64,000 bases of DNA from an uncultured delta proteobacterium (GTDB lineage: Bacteria; Myxococcota_A; Polyangia; Fen-1088): contig CAVWIP010000011.1 in the NCBI GenBank assembly GCA_963755125.1, positions 128,001-192,000 of the forward strand. The letters are read 5' to 3'. The position numbers and the translations under genes are program-made. A model generated the notes under the pieces. That model was given only the letters and a program-made list of their open reading frames with translations. It was not told the origin of the DNA and did no database searches. Positions 56,901 through 64,000 of the stretch are shown piece by piece; the first letter of the stretch is position 1, and every line of letters begins with the position of its first letter.

Positions 56901-57561
56901 GCCCGAGCTTTTCTGCCGCCAGCTTCCCCTGCGCCTCGGCGCGCGCCAGTAGCTCGTCGATGCGCAACCAGGTCACGCCCTCGGCTTGCGAGCGAAGGGC
57001 GATGCGGCCAGCGGGTCCGAAGATGGCCAGCCAGAGCGCACGCTGCCAGGCTTCGGTCGCGGCGAACAGATGATTGTCGTCGAGGGTTGTACCTGTCTCC
57101 CACGTCTTGACCATCTGGGCCCGCGATGCCGCGTATTCCTCGAAGAGCGGGCCCAGCCGGAAGGCAAGCTGGCAGCGCCGACGGTCGACGGCGTCGCGCG
57201 TCGCACCGCCCGCGAGAAGATAGTCGCGCACCGGCGACATTTCCCGCCGTTTGAGAAGGACGTCGTCGTGAAACAGCGCCAGCAGGTGCCCCTGGATCTG
57301 TTGCGCGTCGACCACGCGGCCATCGGGTATCGCCTGCTCGGCCACGTGGGCCAGCAGCCTGCGCAGAAACGTGACCTCCAGGTTGGCCGCAATCCCACAC
57401 GCTCGCGCTACGCCCAAGCGCACGTACGTCTCCACGTTGCGATTGGGCACCACCACGCGCACCGGCGCAAAGGGACCTTCGCTCTCCCGTTCGCGCTGCA
57501 GGTTGCGCACGAACGTCGCCAACAGCGCCTCGGTGCGGTTGGAGTAGCAAACGCGAACCAT
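53938..57561 (-). CDS. recC: RecBCD enzyme subunit RecC
   Basis: MVRVCYSNRTE.L, G.AAN, NPCREFW.D, W.RPGR, LL..LQ.D, RELE, PMRAIPFRVV..LG, FLE.L...R..L..SY. Overlaps the recB start (ATGA). Confidence 0.93.
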   Translation of the reverse strand: MVRVCYSNRTEALLATFVRNLQRERESEGPFAPVRVVVPNRNVETYVRLGVARACGIAANLEVTFLRRLLAHVAEQAIPDGRVVDAQQIQGHLLALFHDDVLLKRREMSPVRDYLLAGGATRDAVDRRRCQLAFRLGPLFEEYAASRAQMVKTWETGTTLDDNHLFAATEAWQRALWLAIFGPAGRIALRSQAEGVTWLRIDELLARAEAQGKLAAEKLGPRLHLFGVSYAAPAYHRMLAALGRHIEVVLYTLNPCREFWEDVETTAEARRRVARTPQVDHALDDPFGLLDPSENLALRLWGRPGRENLRLLNQIDNCDFEEHFAASAAPTLLARLQNDVLDRAARTEPDPTLRADDSLQILACPGIRRELEVVAAEIWRCLRAQPDLRCNDIAVIVPELRKDAYLSQVGAVFAESHDLPHHAVDLPLGGGHRLAEAAQMLLDLPFSSFSRKELVPLLTHPSLMARFPDARPADWLRLIDELGIVRGADRRDLAGSYLDRDRLTWDQGLRRLALGVFMPGERSGDETAVSLDGNQYLPVETAPDERGSALGFALLVRSLIADARFAAGIDSPTERPLSEWLSFIRGMLAAYLVPVDDAEEGLLGRCRTALDDLEDVGLQNLPVSYRVAAELVRSALASIPGARGQYLARGVTVASFVPMRAIPFRVVFVLGLGQGDFPRHSRRGDLDLREARREAGDVTPREQDLYMFLETLLCTRDRLVLSYLGRDEVTGEQRPPSPVVLELREILSSGYLIDAEVKKLFDGPRPPLRRYADLDRLDALPLAHAEHAAQLLGESLRNSLPAGTAAPESVEDLRRALSPSAFADMASCLSLPAPLAPLPEPPEPAASVIVTLADLRRFLEDPLQGSARFRLRLRETLGDDELADREDELFATGALARSARLREAMTRTVLASSTVPSREAVAAVYDEISLREELAGRAPVGLFRQAERERHTAILNTWIEQLGGIAGGGPLHGRVLHLGRAAENDDAKTILPAISIDLGPAPAASGTRLSPRIELHGQTCVLIEIPHQPRASVVFTCRSNDPHEEARRDKESLAAFLDHVALAAAGLSLGQAGHRGLLLLTDGNKQEIERRRFAALDPARARNYLACLMRDMLTGTPGRRGEPTGLHAYVLPCEAVFRARREGTSVAHQAAILRQQHYENSRVRFSTLYGPIRDAVERWQPPPAQAAARMAAERFGLFFDLLQAETA

Positions 57562-57758
57562 GAGCGGCCAGGATAACCCACAACGCGGGTGCATTGATGG
57601 CATGAAACGTGACGAATCGAGATCCCTGCCTCGCCCCGCATAGCGGGGAGAGGCCGCCGACGTCCGCGTCGGCGGGTGAGGGCCGCACCGAGGAAGCACG
57701 GAGCTTCGCTGGTTGCAGCCCGGGCGGCCCCCTCCTTGGAAACGGATCGACCCAGTAA

Positions 57759-58592
57759 CTAGCTGCTGGTGATCGAGAAGCCGGTAAATTGGAAAGTGGC
57801 GTCCGCACCGTCGGTTGCCACGATCTCGACGCCGAAGCAGATCTGGCCCAAGGTGGAGTTGGCAGGGAGCCAGCCCTTTGATATTGCCCAGTTGAAGATT
57901 CCAAGAAGATCGACGGTGCCCGAGGTAAAAACCACGGCCGGTACGAAGGCGATGTAGCTGCTGTCGGAAGTCTTCCACACGTCGTAGGCCCGATCGCCGA
58001 AGGTCACGTTCGCTACCTGACTGCCGGCCGGCACCTGATTGTAGTTCTCGGTCCAGATCATGAATTCGGTAGAATCACTGGTGGCAACGCCGTTGGTCCA
58101 GATGTCATAAGCGACGTCGTAGATGCCGACATGCGGACTCGACGCTGCAAAAGTGCTGGTGATGGTATTGAACGAGCTGATGGGCACGTTGCTGTAATCC
58201 TTGTGGACATTGGGATAGGTTTTGACGGCGCCGGCATTGTTGGTCTGGTTGGAAACGACGTACCAGTTGTTGTACGAGCAGGCGTAGAGTGTTTCCGGAC
58301 CCAGACCAGCGGAACTGTTCCACATGTTGTTGTGGACATAGTAACCGCCGTTGCTCCAGCCGCCGTTGGGATCCGAGGTTACGAATACGGGATTGGTGCA
58401 CTTCAGCGCGCCTGTCCCACTGCCGGTACCAGTGCCCGTGCCGCTGGCCGAGTCAGTGTCGGTCGAGGTTGCCGTGCTGCTGGCTCCGTCGGCCCCGCCG
58501 GAATCCGTGGGCGCGATTTCGCCGGGTTGCTCTTTTGAGCAAGTAAGAACGAAAATCGGTGCGAACGCGAGAACGAGTCCTCGTGGTGTCAT
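57759..58592 (-). CDS. GH12 endoglucanase lipoprotein with Ser/Thr/Gly tether
   Basis: Lipobox-like VLTC, YYVHNNMWN, VKTYPN, YDVAYDIW, TEFMIW, FGVEI. Confidence 0.88.
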   Translation of the reverse strand: MTPRGLVLAFAPIFVLTCSKEQPGEIAPTDSGGADGASSTATSTDTDSASGTGTGTGSGTGALKCTNPVFVTSDPNGGWSNGGYYVHNNMWNSSAGLGPETLYACSYNNWYVVSNQTNNAGAVKTYPNVHKDYSNVPISSFNTITSTFAASSPHVGIYDVAYDIWTNGVATSDSTEFMIWTENYNQVPAGSQVANVTFGDRAYDVWKTSDSSYIAFVPAVVFTSGTVDLLGIFNWAISKGWLPANSTLGQICFGVEIVATDGADATFQFTGFSITSS

Positions 58593-58914
58593 GAAGTCAG
58601 CCTTTCACACGGAGACGATTTCGTTGAGCCCCTCGATCACTCGGGCCATTTTTGCCCCTTCATTGGCATAGTCTACCCGCGGATCCTACAGGCTGTCCCC
58701 CATGGACTTCACCAGGCCAGAGAAGCGCTTTCGCGTGGCGCTCTGAGGAGGTCGAGGCTCCGTTGGCGCGGTCATGAGGATCCTCGTGGAGCAGGCACTC
58801 GCGACGGACGCGCTGGCCACGATAGACGCGGGCACGTCGAGAGTCCGAATCCTCCCGGTAAAATAGCGAACCGAGATGCGTCGGTCTGACGAAGCGTGAG
58901 TCAGCCTCTTCCAA

Positions 58915-59007
58915 CCCTTCTGGGAAGACGCCACCCCGATCGCGTTCGCAGATCTGTTGGCGCGAGAGTTAGGCGGCTTTACCGCCCCTCAGAACTACCC
59001 GGCGTAA
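58915..59007 (+). pseudogene. C-terminal remnant of an amidase-signature family gene
   Basis: PFWEDATPIAFADLLARELGGFTAPQNYPA* matches the amidase C-terminal pattern P..ED.T.IAFA..L....GGF..P..Y. No upstream body. Confidence 0.6.
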
Positions 59008-59194
59008 AACACCACAAGCCTGAGTCATCCGCGAGTGTCCGGAGTTGCGGTTGCGTCCCTGGCCTCCCCATGCCCGGCATCGAATGTCACAAACTCGCGG
59101 GCGATTGGTGTACCCTGAGACGGGAATCCACTGACCCAAATTGACGGAGGAACCGATGCACGCGACGAGATACATCGGGCCGAGGGCATCAGGC

Positions 59195-60541
59195 ATGAAG
59201 GGGAATCTCCTGGCCGTCCTAGCTGCGGGATTCTTGTTCGCCGCTTGTAGCACTTCCGGGGGCAGCTCGGCGGCCGATGGATCGGCCGGCACAGGCGGCA
59301 CCGCCGGGACCGCGGGAACGGGCGGAAGCGCGAGTCCAGGAACGGCCGCAACAGGCGGAACCATCACCGCCACGACCGCTTTGACCGGTGGCGCGGCGAC
59401 GGCGGGATCGGGCGGCACGACCAGCACGGCCGGGAGTGGCGGCACGACGACCGCTGGCGGCGGGAGAAGCACCGCGACGGGCGGCGCAGCGACGGATGCC
59501 GGAGTTGACGTTTCTCCGGATGTGCTGCACGACGGCCCTGGCAACGCGGCGGACGCCCGCGCTGACGTCCGCGCTGACGCCGCAATCGACGGGTCAGTCG
59601 ATGCCGGCCCGCCTTCCGACGCCACGCCGGGGGGAACGATGTTCGTCGCGAACGGACAAATCTTCGATGCGACCGGCGCGGTGTTCCTGCCCTGGGGTGT
59701 GAACAAGGCCCATGTCGACCAGGAAAATGTCGGGCTCGAACTCACCGGAACCAACGCCGTGCGCGCGAATCTCTACTTCCGTTTGCCGAACGCCACCACG
59801 ACAAACCTTTTCGATCGCTTCTACGCCGCGTACATCGTTGTGATTCCTGGGCGCTGGGATGCAACGTGCATCGGGGACAATACCTTCGCGGCCGCGCTCG
59901 CCTCCGAGGTGGATGCGTGGGTGGCCGAGGCCGCCGCGTGGAAGAAATACGAACGGGCCTCGATGATCAACATCGCGAACGAGGCTGGCCCCTCGAACTC
60001 GACAGTCTGGCGCGACGAGTACATCACCGCCGTCGGGCGCATGCGGACGGCTGGCTATGGCGGCCTGTTGATGATTGACAGCGGCGGATGCGGGCAGGAC
60101 GTCGACGACATCGTGAAGTACGGCGCCGCTGTGCTCGCAGCCGATCCGCTGCAAAATATCGTTTTCTCGCTCCACGTTTACGGGGACACTCCGGACGTCA
60201 CGACACTGAACACCAACCTCGACCGGCTCAAGGCAACGGGACTTTCCATCGTGATCGGCGAGTTCGGACCTGGCCGCGACATCGGGCCGTCGCCGACCAA
60301 CCTGGCGCCTGCAGATTTGATGGCTAGCGCCCTGGCACGCGGAATAGGAACCCTTGCGTGGGCGGCCGATGACAACGACCTCGCGAATTCCATGGCTGAC
60401 GACAACTGGTTTTGCATGTTCTACAACCTCACGAAGGCCTACGCGGGCGACGCCGCTGACCTGACGATCTTCGGCAAGGTCGTGGTGGACGACCCCACAG
60501 TCGGCCTTCTCGCAGTCGCGAAGAAAGCAAGCGGGTTCTGA
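59195..60541 (+). CDS. GH5 (mannanase subfamily 8-like) lipoprotein with Gly/Thr and Asp-Ala tether
   Basis: Lipobox FAAC, GVN, NAVR, INIANE (acid/base), FSLHVY, IGEFG (nucleophile), LAW. Confidence 0.85.
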   Translation: MKGNLLAVLAAGFLFAACSTSGGSSAADGSAGTGGTAGTAGTGGSASPGTAATGGTITATTALTGGAATAGSGGTTSTAGSGGTTTAGGGRSTATGGAATDAGVDVSPDVLHDGPGNAADARADVRADAAIDGSVDAGPPSDATPGGTMFVANGQIFDATGAVFLPWGVNKAHVDQENVGLELTGTNAVRANLYFRLPNATTTNLFDRFYAAYIVVIPGRWDATCIGDNTFAAALASEVDAWVAEAAAWKKYERASMINIANEAGPSNSTVWRDEYITAVGRMRTAGYGGLLMIDSGGCGQDVDDIVKYGAAVLAADPLQNIVFSLHVYGDTPDVTTLNTNLDRLKATGLSIVIGEFGPGRDIGPSPTNLAPADLMASALARGIGTLAWAADDNDLANSMADDNWFCMFYNLTKAYAGDAADLTIFGKVVVDDPTVGLLAVAKKASGF

Positions 60542-60660
60542 CGGGGCAGGGTCTGCGAGAGACTGCGGCCGAGCACGCTCGCCACGCCCCTGAGTCGTCG
60601 AGCCTCGACGCGAGAAGTTTGCCAAGTTGCCTCTTGCCGCCGTTCTGTTATGCAAGACGC

Positions 60661-62961
60661 ATGGTGAGCGCATCGCGGATCGGTTTCGTATTGGCCGTGG
60701 CCGGGATCTGCGGCAGTGGCTGCGGCAACACTGACACCCGCGCCCCCGTGATAGGGGACAGCGGAGGCCAGCCTCTCGGCCAACCGAATGGCGCCGGCGG
60801 CGCCCTGCTCGACGGCGGTGCCGACGCTGCCGCGGCTCGGGAAGCGGGGAGCGCGGACGCCCCGATGTCCGACGCGAGTGACATCGCTGTGGCCGACGGT
60901 GGGGGGCTCGACAATGCGGCCGTCGGCGACGGGGGCGGGTTTGACAGTGGCTACGGCGATGGCGGCTTGCCAGGGACGGGGCCGGCCGTCTGCAACAGCC
61001 AACCCGCGGCAAGCGCCACCATCCTGTTCCAGGTTCCGCGCTCGACCGACCCGCCTGGCAACACCGATTTCTATCGCCTGCCGTTCCCCAACGACATTCG
61101 CAAACGCAACGGCAAGATCAGCCTGCAGGGTCACCCGACGCCCGGAGTGAACCCGCTGCTGGGCTTCGATATCGTGGATCGCTACATCCAGGCCATCGAG
61201 GCCGATTCGACCGGATTCGGCACCAACCAGGCCATCTACCTTCGCTTCTCGCGCGATCCCGATTTCAGCACCTTGACGCTGGACGGAGCCGTTGCTCTGG
61301 TCGACATCACCGTGGGTTCGCCCGAGTACGGGTACGCCAAGCCGCTCACCTGGGCCGCCAGCACCGGGCGCACGCCCTATCTGTGCGACCGCTGGATGAT
61401 GATCCGTCCGCCCTTCGGCCAGCCGCTGCGGCCGGGCACCACCTATGCGCTGATTCTACGTTCGATCGTGCAAGACACCGACGGCAATGCCTTTGGCCAG
61501 GACGACGACTTCGCGGCCATGCTGGCGGCACAGGCCTCGACCGATGCAGATTTGGCCGCGGCGTGGTCCGCCTACGCGCCTCTGCGCAGCTACCTGGGCG
61601 ATGCCACTGCCTTCTACAAAATGACGGCCGCTGACCTGGCGGTGGCTGCGGTATTCACCACCGAGGCGGTGGAACAGCCCCTGGCTGCGATCCAGGCCGC
61701 CACCACGGCTGCGCCTGCGCCCGCCCTGAGCCCGCTGGTTCACTGTGGCGATCCCGGCGCGGTCTCGCCCTGCGACGATGGCCTGACCGGCGCCAACCAT
61801 GTGCGCGGCTGCTTGCCGGGCCAGCCTGGGGCAGCCAACTTCGACGAGTACCAGGGCACCGTGTCGCTGCCCGTGTTCCAGCAGGGCACGCCCCCATATC
61901 TGCAGCCGGAGGACGGCGGTGGGATCCTGCTCGACGCCAGCGGGAACGTTGCCATCGTTGACACCCAGCCGGTGTGCTTCTCCCTCGCGGTGCCCAAGGG
62001 CACGGCGCCGACGGCGGGATGGCCACTCGTGGTGTACAGCCACGGCACCGGTGGCTCATACCTTTCAGCCATCGAGTTGGGGCTGGCCGGCGACTACGCC
62101 GTGGGCACGGCCACGGGTGGCGCGGCGGTTCCCATGGCCACGCTGGGCTACGACGGCGTCCTGCACGGCACGCGCAACGGCGGTTCGAGCGCGTCTCCCG
62201 ACAGCTTGGTGTACAACTTCTACAACCCGCGCGCCGCACGCGACAACGGCCTGCAGGCCGCGTCGGATCTGCTGGCCCTGCCGCGTGCCTTCGCTGGTCT
62301 GAATACGGCGGCGATCAATCTCGACGGCGGCCACCTCGCCCTGTACGGACAGTCGCAAGGGGGCAACGCGACCGCGCTGACCGCGGCCCGTGACGCCGGC
62401 TATGGCGTCGCGGTGATGAGCGGCACTGGCGGGACTCTCATGCTCTCGTTGCTCGACAAGACCCAGCCGACGAATCTGGCGGCCCTGCTGCCGGCCTTGC
62501 TGGGCGAGCCGACCGTCGACACGAATGATCCGGTGCTCAACCTGATCCAGATGTACTTCGAGCGTTCCGACCCGGTGAACTTCGCTCGGCGCTTGTTCCG
62601 TGAGCCCATCACCGGCGCCCGGCGTCGCCATGTGTTGCACGTGTACGGCACGGACGACTCCTATGCCCCGGACGAGACCCAGCGGCGCTACGCCCAGGCC
62701 GCGGCTTTCCAGGTGGCGCTGCCGCTGGTCGACACCTACCCGAGCATGCCCGAATACAGCATGGTCACCATCACGCCACCGATTTCGGCCAACCAATCGT
62801 TTGGCAGCCTGGCGCCCATCACCGCCGCGCAGGCGCAGTACCAGCCCGATGGCACCTACGACGGGCACTTCGTTTCCACCAACAATCCCAGCGCGCGCCA
62901 GGACATCCAGACCATGCTGGTCACCTTCGTGCGCGAGCCGAACCCGATCATCGAGCCCTGA
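60661..62961 (+). CDS. Lipoprotein with Ig-like domain and alpha/beta hydrolase (lipase/esterase-like)
   Basis: Lipobox GSGC, PFPND, WPLVVY.HGTGG, GQSQGG nucleophile elbow, G..DS, GH. Confidence 0.82.
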   Translation: MVSASRIGFVLAVAGICGSGCGNTDTRAPVIGDSGGQPLGQPNGAGGALLDGGADAAAAREAGSADAPMSDASDIAVADGGGLDNAAVGDGGGFDSGYGDGGLPGTGPAVCNSQPAASATILFQVPRSTDPPGNTDFYRLPFPNDIRKRNGKISLQGHPTPGVNPLLGFDIVDRYIQAIEADSTGFGTNQAIYLRFSRDPDFSTLTLDGAVALVDITVGSPEYGYAKPLTWAASTGRTPYLCDRWMMIRPPFGQPLRPGTTYALILRSIVQDTDGNAFGQDDDFAAMLAAQASTDADLAAAWSAYAPLRSYLGDATAFYKMTAADLAVAAVFTTEAVEQPLAAIQAATTAAPAPALSPLVHCGDPGAVSPCDDGLTGANHVRGCLPGQPGAANFDEYQGTVSLPVFQQGTPPYLQPEDGGGILLDASGNVAIVDTQPVCFSLAVPKGTAPTAGWPLVVYSHGTGGSYLSAIELGLAGDYAVGTATGGAAVPMATLGYDGVLHGTRNGGSSASPDSLVYNFYNPRAARDNGLQAASDLLALPRAFAGLNTAAINLDGGHLALYGQSQGGNATALTAARDAGYGVAVMSGTGGTLMLSLLDKTQPTNLAALLPALLGEPTVDTNDPVLNLIQMYFERSDPVNFARRLFREPITGARRRHVLHVYGTDDSYAPDETQRRYAQAAAFQVALPLVDTYPSMPEYSMVTITPPISANQSFGSLAPITAAQAQYQPDGTYDGHFVSTNNPSARQDIQTMLVTFVREPNPIIEP

Positions 62962-63027
62962 GCGGGTGGACCAGATCCTGGGAGCGGTCACTCCTGCGTT
63001 CTGGTGATACGATAGTCCAGGAGTTGC

Positions 63028-64000
63028 ATGATGCAGATCGAGAAGGGCATCGACAAGATCGTCAAGACCATCCGGCTTCTGATCCTGGACCAGCCGGGTT
63101 ACCTAGGTCGCGTGGCCACTGCGGTCGGCAATGCGGGCGGCAACATAACCGACCTGCACCTGGTGTCCTATGGGTTCGAGTACAACACCCGCGACCTGAC
63201 CCTGTTCATCGACGACGAGGCACAGCTTCAGGAGGTGCTGGCCGAGGTGGGCAAGGTCGAGGGCGTGATCATCTCCGAGATCATCGACCCGGTGCTGGAA
63301 ATGCACCGGGGCGGCAAGATCCAGGTCAAGAGCCGGGTTCCGCTCGACGGGCTCGCGACCCTGCGCAAGATCTACACGCCCGGGGTGGCCAAGGTGTGCA
63401 AGCTGATCGAGCAGACGCCCGATCTGAAGTACGAGTACACCTCGATCGGAAACACGGTGGCCATCGTCACCAATGGCACCGCGGTGCTGGGCCTGGGCGA
63501 CATCGGGCCGGTGGCGGGCATGCCGGTGATGGAGGGCAAGGCGGTCCTCTTCGATGCGCTGGCCGGCATCAACGGCGTGCCCATCCTGCTGGCCAGCAAG
63601 GATCCCGAGGAGATCATTCGCACCGTCGCTCTCATCGCACCCTCGTTCGGCGCCATCAACCTGGAGGACATCAGGGCGCCCGAGTGCTTCGAGATCGAGG
63701 GCCGCCTCGACGCGATGTTGGACGTCCCGGTCATGCACGACGACCAGCACGGCACCGCCACGGTGGCCCTGGCCGCGCTGCTCAATGCCACGAAGTACGT
63801 GGGCAAGCCCTTCCGCAACGACTGCGTCGGCATCGTGGGGCTGGGCGCTGCTGGCATCGGCATCGCGAAGCTGCTCGCCGCCTACGGCGTGAGGCGCATG
63901 GTGGGAACCGACATCAATCCGCACGCCATGGAGATTTTCGAGAAAGCGGGAGGCGCCCCCCTGTCGCTCGACGAGGTTATGAAGGCCGCCGACATCGTGA
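63028..64000 (+). CDS. NAD(P)-dependent malic enzyme with N-terminal ACT domain; runs off the window
   Basis: Not in the ORF track. CAGGAG RBS. Translates as MMQIEKG...DQPGYLG.VA..VG..GGNI (ACT), YTPGVA, VTNGTAVLGLG.IGP, PVMEGK, INLEDI, HDDQHGTA, GLGAAG. Confidence 0.93.
   Translation, partial: MMQIEKGIDKIVKTIRLLILDQPGYLGRVATAVGNAGGNITDLHLVSYGFEYNTRDLTLFIDDEAQLQEVLAEVGKVEGVIISEIIDPVLEMHRGGKIQVKSRVPLDGLATLRKIYTPGVAKVCKLIEQTPDLKYEYTSIGNTVAIVTNGTAVLGLGDIGPVAGMPVMEGKAVLFDALAGINGVPILLASKDPEEIIRTVALIAPSFGAINLEDIRAPECFEIEGRLDAMLDVPVMHDDQHGTATVALAALLNATKYVGKPFRNDCVGIVGLGAAGIGIAKLLAAYGVRRMVGTDINPHAMEIFEKAGGAPLSLDEVMKAADIV

Noticed and set aside
57562..57978. 139-aa N-terminal extension of RecC in the ORF track
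   Set aside because: It overlaps the GH12 gene. RecC similarity starts at MVRVCYSN (57561), which has its own -10-like hexamer.

Overview
A 64-kb window from a high-GC bacterium. Gene content (MXAN_5187-like protein, AgmK-like TPR protein, Ser/Thr kinase-AAA-TPR protein, many Gly/Thr-tethered lipoproteins) suggests Myxococcota, probably Polyangia-like; this is inferred. Housekeeping genes are rseP-tsaB, yhbY, osmC, recC-recB with no adjacent recD, and a partial ACT-domain malic enzyme. Carbohydrate genes are a GH94 phosphorylase with a divergent GPH symporter, GH43, two GH12, GH5, GH38, a wecE-GT2-methyltransferase cassette, and an HpnI/ceramide-type glucosyltransferase near a desaturase/hydroxylase. 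About 14 predicted lipoproteins are present. The most notable items are: (i) an orphan ZorA/ZorB-like MotA/MotB pair with no Zorya effector genes; (ii) a binding protein-porin-Cys-rich lipoprotein-porin cassette with recently duplicated porins; (iii) a 252-bp CTAG-bounded MITE-like element with structured interior; (iv) several small gene remnants, some missing from the ORF track and others hidden inside longer ORFs (hicA with its operator, DNA methyltransferase, B12 radical SAM N-terminus, amidase and possible GH5 C-termini); (v) a recurrent leaderless TANNNT-N6-8-start architecture. I saw no rRNA, tRNA or CRISPR array. All family calls come from motif recognition by eye, not from database searches.
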